Source of the DNA: an uncultured delta proteobacterium | GTDB taxonomy: Bacteria > Desulfobacterota > Desulfobacteria > Desulfobacterales > B30-G6 | NCBI GenBank assembly: GCA_963823335.1 | Contig: CAWGLD010000002.1 | Coordinates: forward strand, 1-64,000 | Direction of reading: 5' to 3' | DNA: 64,000 bases | Shown: piece by piece, positions 10,541 to 20,246 of the stretch | How the letters are laid out: the number at the start of each line of letters is the position of its first letter | How positions within the stretch are numbered: position 1 is the first letter of the stretch | Notes under the pieces: model-generated | What the model saw: only the letters and a program-made list of their open reading frames with translations | Databases searched by the model: none | What the model was told of the DNA's origin: nothing | Made by a program: the position numbers and the translations under genes

Positions 10541-10648
10541 GCAAATAGAAGAAACGTCATAAGCGCTGATAGTATGATCGGTGAGAATGCAAGTATCACC
10601 TGGTCAGGAGATAAAAAACAATCATCGTGTTGAGCAACTGAAATTGTT

Positions 10649-11047
10649 TTATTCTCCGGTTAAAAGCTTTACCGCAGTTCGCAGGTATCCGGACGAGTGG
10701 TCAGCGCCGGATATCGATTCATCGTTCGTTGCCAATCCGAAATAACAGCCGCAGAAATCACGAGCCGGATCCACATAGATGCCTTGGCCCATATTCCCGT
10801 GTTTGAACATGGCACCATCTTTAAACGAATGATCCCACTGGGCGGTATTGGTATAAGGCGTTTCACCAAACCAACGCTGTCCGTAAGCTTCTTCTCCAGA
10901 ACCTTTGTATGCCGCTGGTTTTCCAAAATTCTGAATGAATTTCAGCATTTTGTCAGAGATCACTTTTTCCTTAGCCACTTTATTCCAGCTAGGCGTATAC
11001 AACAAGGCATAGCGAAGCATATCTTCTAGTGTGCCTTTCAGGATCAC
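10649..11047 (-). pseudogene. C-terminal fragment of a beta-lactamase-fold serine hydrolase
   Basis: TLEDMLRYALLY and KHGNMGQGIYVDP; no SxxK N-terminus present. Confidence 0.65.
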
Positions 11048-11065
11048 GCTAGCGCTCCTTCGAGG

Positions 11066-11745
11066 TCATAGGCCAGGCTCTGAACGAATAAGGGTGTAGC
11101 CGACCACTATTCCAACAAAAATGGTCATGGCCACCACGAACATCTGCAAAAACTGCTGTGTACCGAGCAGCAAATCCCCTCCAGCCATGGAGGCCAGGCC
11201 ACGAAAACCGATACTGCCGCTGACCAGCAGGACGATGGCGGGAATGAGCACAATCGAGCTCGGTCGTCCGGTCTTCCTGGCCCAGAGATTGGCGACGACC
11301 ACTGCAATGATGGTGCCGACCAGATTGCCCAGGTTGCTGTCGAGCAGTGCACTCCCGGCCAAAATCCCGAGGTAAGCAATGCCGCAAACCAGAGCGGCCC
11401 ATAGAAGATCCCGGTGCGAGGTTTGAAACGCGAGGCAAAGCCCTACGATGATGGTGGGAACAAGCAGCCACATCCAAACCGGCTCAACTGGATTCGCAGA
11501 CCCCATTGCTACCAATGGGATGACAAAACCTGCGGCGATGACGCCAAGCCATCCGCCCGCGACCTGCTTGAACAGGCAGATCAGACCACTCATCAGGCTT
11601 GCGGTGCCTGATACAACGTGCTGCGCCACCAGTTCCCCGGCACCGAGGCTGATTGTGTATCCCGGAAGGATGATCGCCACGGCTGAGAGAATTACGAGAA
11701 CGAGATTGAGCTCCGGCACCCAGAACTTGACCACGGTGGACAGAA
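11066..11745 (-). pseudogene. Threonine/serine exporter (ThrE family) C-terminal part
   Basis: AIILPGYTISLGAGEL...SG, LIPAIVLLVSGS, multiple TM helices. Confidence 0.8.
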
Positions 11746-12112
11746 CGCCGACACCGGCGGCGACTGCGGCCTTTGCGGTTTCCGGATCGTGTATGGAAAT
11801 AAAAGCGACTTTCCCCAAGCCTTTTGTCCCCAAAAAGGCACGCAATAGGTGCGTTCCGGAGCCGGGCGCTCCGCCACCGGGATTATCCGCGGCGTCCCCA
11901 ATCACAATAGGTGTATGGTCGATGCGATCGCCTTTCGTAGGCTGTTTACGTTCATAGTGGCCGTCTTTGTTGAGCATGGCCAGCACACTGCTCATCGTTT
12001 TGTCCAAATCATCTAGTGGAAGAATGGACTCTTTCCGGTGATCCCATATCCACTGCGACAGTTCGTCCACCAGTTCTTGTGCCAGCTTGGCGTTGTTTTC
12101 GGTAGTGACCAT
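11746..12112 (-). pseudogene. MlrC/M81 metallopeptidase internal fragment fused to ThrE
   Basis: PIVIGDAADNPGGGAPG and IHDPETAKAAVAAGVG motifs. Confidence 0.78.
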
Positions 12113-12117
12113 CGGGT

Positions 12118-12762
12118 ATCCGTCTCGCAGAACGTCAACTGGCCTCCCAGAGTGCCCTAATCGGTGTTGCCAAGGCAGACCTTTATCCGCATTTCTCTCT
12201 TTTTGGCTCCATCGGGTTACAGACCAGTAACGCGGATGTAACGGCAGCAGGGTATCCCGGTGGCAGCTCGTTCAGCGATTTATGGGTTTCCGACAGTGTC
12301 AGGTTTTTCGGCGGGCCCTCTTTTACCTGGAACATTTTTAACTACGGGCGCACCAAAAGCCAAGTGCGTGTTCAGGATGCTCGTTTTCAGCAACTGGTTG
12401 TCAATTACCAGGATACCGTGCTCAAGGCGGCACAGGAGGTGGAAGATGCCATGGTGGCCTATTTACGGTCCCAGGAAGAAGTGAAATTTTTGACCGAAAG
12501 CGTGAAAGCATCCACACGATCGGTGGATCTTTCCATGATCCAGTACCAGGACGGAATGGTGGACTATCAACGGGTGCTGGATTCCCAACGATCTCAGAGT
12601 CAAGCGCAAAATCGTTTAACCGAGGTCCAAGGATCTGTTGCCCGAAATTTTATTGCCCTGTACAAAGCCCTGGGCGGTGGGTGGCAGATTCGTGAAGGAA
12701 TAGGAATAAGGCAAATGCAATGCCATTGGATAAACCCTCTTAAAAACCCACAACAGCCCTAA
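12118..12762 (+). pseudogene. NodT/TolC-family outer-membrane efflux protein, C-terminal fragment
   Basis: IRLAERQLASQSALIGVAKADLYP ... AAQEVEDAM ... LYKALGGGW; frame open upstream of 12364 with no start codon. Confidence 0.85.
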
Positions 12763-12908
12763 GGTTAATAAGATCGATCCGGAAATCGATTTTTTGAAAA
12801 CTAATAATTGTCCAGGTCCAATAATCTTTTTTGGTTCTTCTCCAATTCAGTTGGAGGAAAGGGCTCCAAAATTCGGGTCAAGAGAAATACAGCTCGGGCT
12901 ATATCTTA

Positions 12909-12943
12909 TCGAAATCGCTATCGGGATCGGGATCGGGATCGAA
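12909..12943. repeat. ATCGGG hexamer array downstream of four-helix-bundle gene
   Basis: tcgaaatcgctatcgggatcgggatcgggatcgaa; inverted counterpart at 13444-13477. Confidence 0.9.
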
Positions 12944-12947
12944 TTGA

Positions 12948-13059
12948 AGAGTACCCTGCAGCAAGCTGCAGGGAATCTTCGCGGTAAGGATTTTATCTAT
13001 TTGATTCGCTCGCTAACCCCGCAGCAAGCTACGGGGAATGCGCTCGCTATTGCCGTTCA
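12948..13059 (+). mobile_element. 112-bp palindromic non-autonomous element (IS200/IS605/PATE-like)
   Basis: Follows TTGA; hairpins ccctgcagcaagctgcaggg and ccccgcagcaagctacgggg; ends GTTCA. Confidence 0.78.
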
Positions 13060-13442
13060 GTATAGCCGTATTCCCCGAACCCTTCCTTTACGCTATAACC
13101 CCTGCCGCCCAATCGACTAAGCATTGCAGCAATGCGGTCCAATTCACCTTTGCGCTGCCGGCTTTCTACTTTATCCAAACCTTTTCCGACTACCAAGACA
13201 TCTTGGATTGCGGCACACTCCAATGCCGACCCACGCGCTATTTCGAAATATCGCCGCCGATCAGCCTTCGCTGTCTTACCGTTGCCTTCTGCAATATTAA
13301 GCGCAATCGACTGGCTGGCTCGAAGCCACTGGTCTCTTGCTGAACGATGGACGCCTCTCAGCCTGGCACACTTTTCATAAACCCATGCGACATAGCCGAT
13401 TGAAAGGCGGTAAACGTCTAATTTTTCATGACCTAATACCAT
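13047..13442 (-). CDS. Four-helix-bundle protein (23S rRNA IVP / TIGR02436-like), 3' end interrupted
   Basis: HEKLDVYRLS, DQWLRASQSIALNIAEG, IARGSALECAA. Confidence 0.9.
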   Translation of the reverse strand: MVLGHEKLDVYRLSIGYVAWVYEKCARLRGVHRSARDQWLRASQSIALNIAEGNGKTAKADRRRYFEIARGSALECAAIQDVLVVGKGLDKVESRQRKGELDRIAAMLSRLGGRGYSVKEGFGEYGYTERQ

Positions 13443-13443
13443 C

Positions 13444-13477
13444 TCGATCCCGATCCCGATAGCGATCCCGATTTCGA
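13444..13477. repeat. CCCGAT hexamer array upstream of four-helix-bundle gene
   Basis: tcgatcccgatcccgatagcgatcccgatttcga. Confidence 0.9.
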
Positions 13478-13583
13478 CAAGGCTTCCACCAACAGCATTT
13501 CTACAACAAATCGGGAGAAAAGCCTCTTTTTTATTAAAGTTAAATAAGTTCAAGGGGACATTCGTATAGAAAGTGCGTAGATA

Positions 13584-13778
13584 ATGCACGGATGTATTGG
13601 TTTAGTTTTGAAGGGAGGCCTAAAGACACGCGGTAGCAAGGTTACTTTGGTGGGCTTTGGCACCTTTAAGAAGGTTTATCGAAAGACTCGTAATGGCCGG
13701 AATCCTCAAACAGGTGAACAGATCAAGATCAAAGGCAGAAATGCCATAACTTTCAAAGCAAGCAAGAACTTTTCATAA
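13584..13778 (+). pseudogene. HU/IHF DNA-binding protein, N-terminally truncated
   Basis: VTLVGFGTF and GRNPQTGEQIKI; helix 1 missing. Confidence 0.8.
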
Positions 13779-13801
13779 GATAGCCGAAAAGAATTTCATT
13801 G

Positions 13802-13843
13802 GGGCAGGGCGATTCCATTTGAAAGAAATTGCCCTGCCTTTTT
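13802..13843 (+). terminator. Rho-independent terminator
   Basis: ggcagggcgatt...aattgccctgcc followed by a T run. Confidence 0.65.
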
Positions 13844-13957
13844 CGTTAAAGGGATATATACGGATCATTGATCTGACAAGAATCAGATACCCTATCCTCA
13901 AGGATTAAAACCTATACCTCATCACTTATCTTAGCGCGGGTAGAAGCAAAACACTTC

Positions 13958-14284
13958 TTAATCCATGGTAACGTGTTCATTCATTTCTGCTAAATTAATC
14001 TCCGTTTCACCTGTTTTATCATATCTTAGAGCGCGATTTTGAAAATCCTGAGCGTCTATTTTTCCTTTAATCCATTTGCCCCAGTTTTCCCTTTGAGACG
14101 TGATAATCGTATCGAAGTTCTTGGATTGATCAAAACGGGATAAGGCATCATCCTTTATCCAGACACAATAATTGCCCTTTTTAATACCGTTTTCGGATAC
14201 AAGAAAAAAATATCTAAATGTTTTTGTCCCGGGTTTTAATCCTTCCTGAATCTCGTAAGTTTTGTATGTCCATTGTTTCTGCAT
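13958..14284 (-). CDS. Hypothetical protein
   Basis: 108-aa ORF with purine-rich RBS. Confidence 0.6.
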   Translation of the reverse strand: MQKQWTYKTYEIQEGLKPGTKTFRYFFLVSENGIKKGNYCVWIKDDALSRFDQSKNFDTIITSQRENWGKWIKGKIDAQDFQNRALRYDKTGETEINLAEMNEHVTMD

Positions 14285-14500
14285 ATTGCCCCCTTTTAAT
14301 ATTGGCTAAATTCAAAAAGTAGGATATCAAATTAAATTTTATAAAGTAGAGACAAAATAAGCATGAAATAGAATAAACAAAATGTGAACAGAGGCGAATG
14401 ATTGATTGTTCTACAAACCGCGTGCTCGGCACGCGGTTCCGAACCTGAACATGCGGAGACGTGCCGTCTCCTTTGTCTTTCCCCCATTTTGGGGGAAATC

Positions 14501-14531
14501 CAAGCCACCCGTTTCACGGGTGGTAGTTGAC
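14501..14531. mobile_element. Solitary IS200/IS605-type end hairpin
   Basis: caagccacccgtttcacgggtggtagttgac. Confidence 0.55.
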
Positions 14532-14760
14532 TCAGCACCTTTTTTCCTCTGATATTTCCGACAGATCACAGTTCTTTTAAAACCCGGATAAGAGAATATT
14601 TCATTTCATCATAGGACCTGGGGAATTTTATCGAATATAGGCCAAAGTCCATAATTCACCGAACACGTCATATACAACATGTAGTGTGTTGCAACCCCCT
14701 AAAATTTTACGGATATAATCATATACCACTATTGATCTGACACGAACAGGGAACAAAACT

Positions 14761-15963
14761 ATGAAGTATAGACATATCGGTGTATTATCCCTCGGGCATC
14801 TGGTAACCGACATAAATCAGGGTGCCTTACCCGCCATGCTTCCGTTTTTTATTGCCGCTTACGATCTTTCTTATGCCGCTGCCGCAGGTATCGTGTTCGC
14901 AGCTAATATGACATCAAGTATTATTCAGCCATTGTTTGGGCATGCAGCGGATCGTTTTTCAAAGCCGTGGTTGTTAGTAGCAGGCCTGATGCTGGCGGGA
15001 ATGGGTCTTGCCCTATCAGGAATATCTCCGGGTTATCAATGGATAATGTTCTTGGCTGTCGTTAGTGGGATAGGAATCGCAGCATACCATCCTGAAGCGG
15101 CACGATTGGTCAATTTTGCAGCCGGAACCAAGCAGGGAACTGCGATGAGCCTTTTTGGTGTCGGCGGCACCATAGGGTTCGCCATCGGTCCACTTATAGT
15201 GACTTTCGCTTTACTACAGTGGGGATTAAAAGGTACCCTTGTCCTTATTGTACCTGTATCCATTATGGCGTTAGTCATGATAAGTCAACTTTCGACGTTT
15301 GAATCCCTGACCGCAAGTAAAGATCGGGGTCAGAGTGTATCGGGCACTGAGGTTTCGAAGGATAACTGGGGTGCATTTTCACGGTTGACCATTACAATTA
15401 TTGGCCGATCTATTATTTTTTACGGTTTAAATACCTTTATACCTATCTATTGGATCAATGCCCTGAATCAGTCGAAATCAACAGGAGCTATGGCACTGAC
15501 TATTTTTGCAGGTGCAGGAATTATTGGGAATCTGCTGGGTGGCGGATTAGCCGACCGGATAGGGCAAAAAAAAGTCATGTTGCTCGGTTATTTCGGTCTA
15601 ACAATATTTCTTCCCATTCTAATTTTTGTAAATAATGTTCCGATGGCAACGTTATTATTGATCCCCATCGGTTTCGTGCTATATGGGACTTACAGCCCAT
15701 CAATAGTACTGGGTCAAAACTATCTTCCGAATCGTGTCGGGTTCTCATCAGGTGTTACACTTGGGGTCGCTGTTGCTATTGGAGGTGGGGCTGCACCGAT
15801 TATAGGAAGAATAGCCGATCTTTATGGAATTTGGTTCTCATTGGCCTCAATCGCCTTTTTGCCAATAATTTTCTTTGCTATCGTATTGAGTTTACCACCT
15901 TCTCCAGAGCAGGTTGCCAGGGTTGACGATGCAACACCTATCTCTCCAGTACAGAATGATTAA
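14761..15963 (+). CDS. MFS transporter, Fsr (fosmidomycin resistance)-like
   Basis: About 12 TM; QPLFGHAADR, AYHPEAAR, GGGLADRIG. Confidence 0.88.
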   Translation: MKYRHIGVLSLGHLVTDINQGALPAMLPFFIAAYDLSYAAAAGIVFAANMTSSIIQPLFGHAADRFSKPWLLVAGLMLAGMGLALSGISPGYQWIMFLAVVSGIGIAAYHPEAARLVNFAAGTKQGTAMSLFGVGGTIGFAIGPLIVTFALLQWGLKGTLVLIVPVSIMALVMISQLSTFESLTASKDRGQSVSGTEVSKDNWGAFSRLTITIIGRSIIFYGLNTFIPIYWINALNQSKSTGAMALTIFAGAGIIGNLLGGGLADRIGQKKVMLLGYFGLTIFLPILIFVNNVPMATLLLIPIGFVLYGTYSPSIVLGQNYLPNRVGFSSGVTLGVAVAIGGGAAPIIGRIADLYGIWFSLASIAFLPIIFFAIVLSLPPSPEQVARVDDATPISPVQND

Positions 15964-16115
15964 AACTAATGAATGTGAAACAATATGTATTCAGATGGAC
16001 GCAAATGCTTCAATCTGGTGTGAGTCTTAATCGCATCGCCAGTTCCAAACTCAGCCAGTAAACCAATTCTTTACAAACAGGAAAAACGGTATCAGCGTAA
16101 GCCAAGGAGGTGAAC

Positions 16116-17315
16116 ATGCATTACAGAAAAGTGCCTAAAAACGGCGACGAACTGTCCATCCTGGGGTTTGGCTGCATGCGCCTGCCCTTGACAAAAGAAC
16201 GACAGATTGACGAACCACGGGCAACCCGCCAGGTCCGCGACGCCATCGACCGGGGGATCAACTACCTGGACACGGCCTGGCCCTACCATGCCGGTGAAAG
16301 TGAGAATTTCCTGGGACGCGCCCTTTCCGACGGTTATCGGGAGCGGGTCAAAATAGCCACCAAACTGCCCTCCTGGATGATCAACAAGCGGGAGGACATG
16401 GACTTCTACCTCAATGCCCAGCTGGAAAAACTTAAAATGGATCACATTGACTACTACCTGATCCACGGGCTATCCGGGGATCTGTGGGATCGCCTTATGT
16501 CACTCGGTGTGATGGAATTCATTGACAAAGCTGTGACAGACGGCCGCATTGTAAACCCCGGTTTTTCCTTCCACGGCATCCTGGATGACTTCAAACGCAT
16601 CGTGGAGGCCTATCCCTGGATCTTCTGTCAGATACAGTACAATTATCTCGATGAAAATAACCAGGCTGGCACCGAAGGACTTGAATATGCCGCCTCAAAG
16701 GACCTGGGGGTGGTGATTATGGAACCGTTGCGCGGAGGTAACCTGGGCTTACTCACCCCGCCGCCGGGTGTAAAGGCCATTTGGCAAAAAGCAGCAAAAA
16801 AACGCACACCAGTGGAATGGGCCCTGCGCTGGGTGTGGACCCGTCCCGAAGTAACGGTGGTGCTTTCCGGGATGAACGAGGAATCCCACATAGAAGAGAA
16901 CCTGGCCATTGCCGACCAGGCTTTGCCCAATTCGCTGACAGAAGAGGAATTGAAACTTGTTGAAGAGGCGGGCCGGAAGTACAGGACGTTGATGAAAGTT
17001 CCCTGCACAGGATGCGGTTATTGCATGCCCTGCCCGTCGAAAGTGTCCATCTCCCGCTGCTTTGAGATCTACAACAAGATGCACATGTTCGGCAATGATG
17101 TCGAGGCAAAATTCAGTTATGCCTTGAGTATGGGTGGCGCTTTCAGCGGAACCCCTTCCTACGCGTCTCAATGTGTTCGCTGTGAAGAATGTTTGGAGAA
17201 GTGTCCGCAGCATATCGAAATCCCGGACTTTCTGGAAATGGTTGCCGAAGAAATGGAAGACGAAGACTTAGAGAAAAGAATCGCCATCGGCAAAAAGATG
17301 TTCAACATGGAATAA
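16116..17315 (+). CDS. Aldo/keto reductase with C-terminal Fe-S domain
   Basis: LGFGCMRLP, YLDTAWPYH, CTGCGYCMPCP, CVRCEECLEKCP. Confidence 0.92.
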   Translation: MHYRKVPKNGDELSILGFGCMRLPLTKERQIDEPRATRQVRDAIDRGINYLDTAWPYHAGESENFLGRALSDGYRERVKIATKLPSWMINKREDMDFYLNAQLEKLKMDHIDYYLIHGLSGDLWDRLMSLGVMEFIDKAVTDGRIVNPGFSFHGILDDFKRIVEAYPWIFCQIQYNYLDENNQAGTEGLEYAASKDLGVVIMEPLRGGNLGLLTPPPGVKAIWQKAAKKRTPVEWALRWVWTRPEVTVVLSGMNEESHIEENLAIADQALPNSLTEEELKLVEEAGRKYRTLMKVPCTGCGYCMPCPSKVSISRCFEIYNKMHMFGNDVEAKFSYALSMGGAFSGTPSYASQCVRCEECLEKCPQHIEIPDFLEMVAEEMEDEDLEKRIAIGKKMFNME

Positions 17316-17398
17316 ATTTTAATGCCCTGGTCTACGTAACCTATAAATGTAAAGCATTAATTCAACCACTGTATAAAAAAGCCTTCTCGACATAACAT

Positions 17399-18850
17399 TC
17401 ATTTTTTAACAAGGCTGCTCAATTTTCTCCAAAGCGCTGAACGGCTTATTCCAAGGAGCTCAGCTGTTTTTGATTTGTTTCCCCCGGTGACTTTCAATGT
17501 CTTGAGAATGTGATTTTTTTCCATTTCAGCCAGTGTCACGATACTGTCTTCAGCGGGCAACGTTGATATGTCAGTTGTTTGAAAACGGACTGGCAGGTGT
17601 TTGGTTTCTATGGTTTGGCCATCGGCAAGAATGACGGCACGTTCAATGACGTGCTCAAGTTCCCTGACATTTCCCGGGAAATCATAGGACATAAAGAAGG
17701 AGATGACCTCGTCGGAAATAGAGTCAACCGACTTATTAAAATCTGCGGCATATTTATTGAGAAAGTATCCGGACAAGGGAAATATATCGTCTCTCCGCTC
17801 CCGTAGGGGTGGAATAAACAACTCCATCAGATTCAATCTATGGTACAGTTCTTCTCTGAATTTTCCTTCTTTTACCAATTTTTCAAGACTGTAACGGCTG
17901 GCAACGAGAATTCGCACATCAAACGGAAAACGAAGGGTATCCTCCTTGCGAAACGCTTCTTTATTGTCAATTATTTTCAACATGGAAAGCTGCATTTTCA
18001 TGGGCATATCTTCGATTTGATCCAGCAAAATTGTTCCACCGGAATCCGTTCGATCAACATTCTGGATCGAATGCACGTTGTCTGAAAATGTCATCCCGCC
18101 CTGTTTGAAAAGTTCCTCAACGATCAGATCATTACTGAAGCATCCACAATTGAATGCAATGAATCGGTGATTTTTTCTTGGACTTGAATTGTGAATGATC
18201 CTGGCCGCTAATTCTTTTCCTGTACCGGTTTCTCCACGAAAAATAACCGTACAGTCCAGGGCCGCCACTCTTTCGATATTCCGTCTCAATATCTGCATGA
18301 CATGGGTTTCGCCGATCATTCGCAACCGGTCAAATGAATCGGTGGCTGTCGGTATTTGCTGAGTTGTCATATTTTGAAGACTCGAATTTGACACCTGTTC
18401 AGAAATGATTTCAACCTTTCCCGGACGAAAGACCTCTGAATTGTCACCTGCTGTGCTGGAAGGCGGCGTAATCACAATGGTGTTGCCGCGTTTATTGCTC
18501 TGGTTAATAAAATCCCAAAAAGATTGCATGTGATCCTTTTCGAAAAAGGCGCTGCCAATCGCTTCGGTGGCCTGTTTGACTTTTTCACTGCCATAACCCG
18601 TCAATAGAACCGACTTTAGATGCGGATAAATTTCCTTTAACTTGGAAATCGTCACCAGACCGTCCATGCCGGGCATTTTCAGATCCACGATGGCAAGATC
18701 GATGGGATTGGTTTTTGCAAGCGCCAAGGCTTCGCGACCGCTGGATGCCTTGAGTGGATCGAAGCCCATTATCTTGAGGCGTTTCGCGATGGAATTTAGA
18801 AATTTTTTCTCGTTGTCCACCACCAGGATGTTTTGGATTGTGTCTGTCAT
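17399..18850 (-). CDS. NtrC-like response regulator (REC-AAA+-Fis HTH) with degenerate AAA+ domain
   Basis: GETGTGKE, FPGNVREL and HTH present; GAFTGA absent. Confidence 0.9.
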   Translation of the reverse strand: MTDTIQNILVVDNEKKFLNSIAKRLKIMGFDPLKASSGREALALAKTNPIDLAIVDLKMPGMDGLVTISKLKEIYPHLKSVLLTGYGSEKVKQATEAIGSAFFEKDHMQSFWDFINQSNKRGNTIVITPPSSTAGDNSEVFRPGKVEIISEQVSNSSLQNMTTQQIPTATDSFDRLRMIGETHVMQILRRNIERVAALDCTVIFRGETGTGKELAARIIHNSSPRKNHRFIAFNCGCFSNDLIVEELFKQGGMTFSDNVHSIQNVDRTDSGGTILLDQIEDMPMKMQLSMLKIIDNKEAFRKEDTLRFPFDVRILVASRYSLEKLVKEGKFREELYHRLNLMELFIPPLRERRDDIFPLSGYFLNKYAADFNKSVDSISDEVISFFMSYDFPGNVRELEHVIERAVILADGQTIETKHLPVRFQTTDISTLPAEDSIVTLAEMEKNHILKTLKVTGGNKSKTAELLGISRSALWRKLSSLVKK

Positions 18851-18859
18851 GTTTAAATT

Positions 18860-19666
18860 CTATTTCTTTTTTGCGTGATGTGTTTCGATATCAAGTGCAT
18901 CCTCTATGTCCCCGCCGCTCGCCATTCCTGCCGCCGCCATGGAGTTTTCAAGACCTTGCAGTATCTTTCTTACAAAACCCCAGAATTTCCCCATGTTCTC
19001 TTTTTCGAAATAGGATGCGTTGAGGGCCTCGGTGGCCTCTTGAAGTTTTTCATCGCCGTGGGCTGTCAACAGCAACGTTTCGATTCCCGCATCGATTTCT
19101 TTGAGTTTTGTAATCACCACCAAGCCGTCCATGTCCGGCATCCGCTGATCGACGACGGCCAAATGGATCTTGGTAGTTCGCGTGATTTCGATGGCCTCAT
19201 GTCCATTGAGTGCCGTATACGGTTCATGCCCTTTCAGCCGGATTCGCTCGGCCAGCTTTTCAAGGAATTTTTGGTTGTCGTCCACCAAGAGAATATTGAT
19301 ACTTCCTATGGGAAGGTTCGACAAAAACGTCCAGAATTTTCCCATTTCCGATTTGTGAAAAAAGGAGGAATTGAGTGCTTCTGTGGTTTCTTTAAGTTTT
19401 TCGTCACCGTGACCCGTCAACAGAATCGTTTTGATGTCGGGCGACAATTCCTTCAACTTTGTGATAACCACCAGCCCATCCATGTCGGGCATTTTTTGAT
19501 CGACCACGGCAACATGTACGTGTTCCTTCTCGGCGATCTCGATAGCTTGTCGGCCGTTGACCGCAGTAAATACGTTAAACCCTTTTAACAGGGCTCTTTG
19601 AGCCACGGATTTCAAAAATTTTTCGTTGTCATCCACCAGCAGGACATTGATTTTTTTTGCTTTCAT
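18860..19666 (-). CDS. Tandem double-receiver response regulator
   Basis: Two near-duplicate REC domains (LLVDDN...DQKMPDMDG / DQRMPDMDG). Confidence 0.92.
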   Translation of the reverse strand: MKAKKINVLLVDDNEKFLKSVAQRALLKGFNVFTAVNGRQAIEIAEKEHVHVAVVDQKMPDMDGLVVITKLKELSPDIKTILLTGHGDEKLKETTEALNSSFFHKSEMGKFWTFLSNLPIGSINILLVDDNQKFLEKLAERIRLKGHEPYTALNGHEAIEITRTTKIHLAVVDQRMPDMDGLVVITKLKEIDAGIETLLLTAHGDEKLQEATEALNASYFEKENMGKFWGFVRKILQGLENSMAAAGMASGGDIEDALDIETHHAKKK

Positions 19667-19785
19667 ATTTCACCTATAATAATTCCAGATATGAGGCTAT
19701 TTGAAAAATGCTGCTTATTTCCTGACAATGCCTGGGAAAGGGAAAGGGTTAATTTATTTTGGTGGCTGCAATGGTTCATCTTCAC

Positions 19786-20217
19786 TTAATGGCCACCACT
19801 TCCCAGTATTCCGGAAGCCGCTATGGATAATACCATGATTTCCAAAAAGGCGATTATCGCGAAAAGCCAGTTTTTTTGACGGAGATACCCTCTGAGCAGC
19901 ACCAGAAAGCAAAAAATGGTCATCAGGGCGAGCAAAGCCAATCCGATGTAGTTGAAAAAGTCCCCCTTTGCCAGTAAGGCTACCCAGCCCCACCCATGGG
20001 GCGAATGGGTAATCTCCAGATAGTCGGTGACACTTTTGTCCCAAATCTTTGGTATCAGCGACATGTCCACGTGGGAAGGCAGTACGCCGGACAGGTATAT
20101 CGCATAGGTTGCCAGGAGAACGGCAATTCCCAGCCATACGCCAACAATCAGCAGGTTGGCGTAGATGATTTGCTCCCGTGATGCCTTAACGCTCTGTTCT
20201 TTATCGCGGTTCTGCAT
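19786..20217 (-). CDS. DUF1634-like membrane protein
   Basis: EQIIYANLL, PHGWGW, GDFFNYIG, SGILGSGGH; follows the TSUP gene. Confidence 0.75.
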   Translation of the reverse strand: MQNRDKEQSVKASREQIIYANLLIVGVWLGIAVLLATYAIYLSGVLPSHVDMSLIPKIWDKSVTDYLEITHSPHGWGWVALLAKGDFFNYIGLALLALMTIFCFLVLLRGYLRQKNWLFAIIAFLEIMVLSIAASGILGSGGH

Positions 20218-20246
20218 GCGTTGCTCCATATTTAAGCGGTTAATTG

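Noticed and set aside
1617-12762. Integron cassette array
   Set aside because: No integrase and no convincing attC sites between genes; junctions fall inside genes.
12909-13477. CRISPR array or 23S rRNA intervening sequence
   Set aside because: Repeats are 6-mers without spacers; no cas genes or rRNA sequence nearby.
17399-18850. Identification as HupR/HoxA partner of the hydrogenase
   Set aside because: About 29 kb away and embedded in the TSUP cluster with matching receiver type; no sequence evidence of a link.
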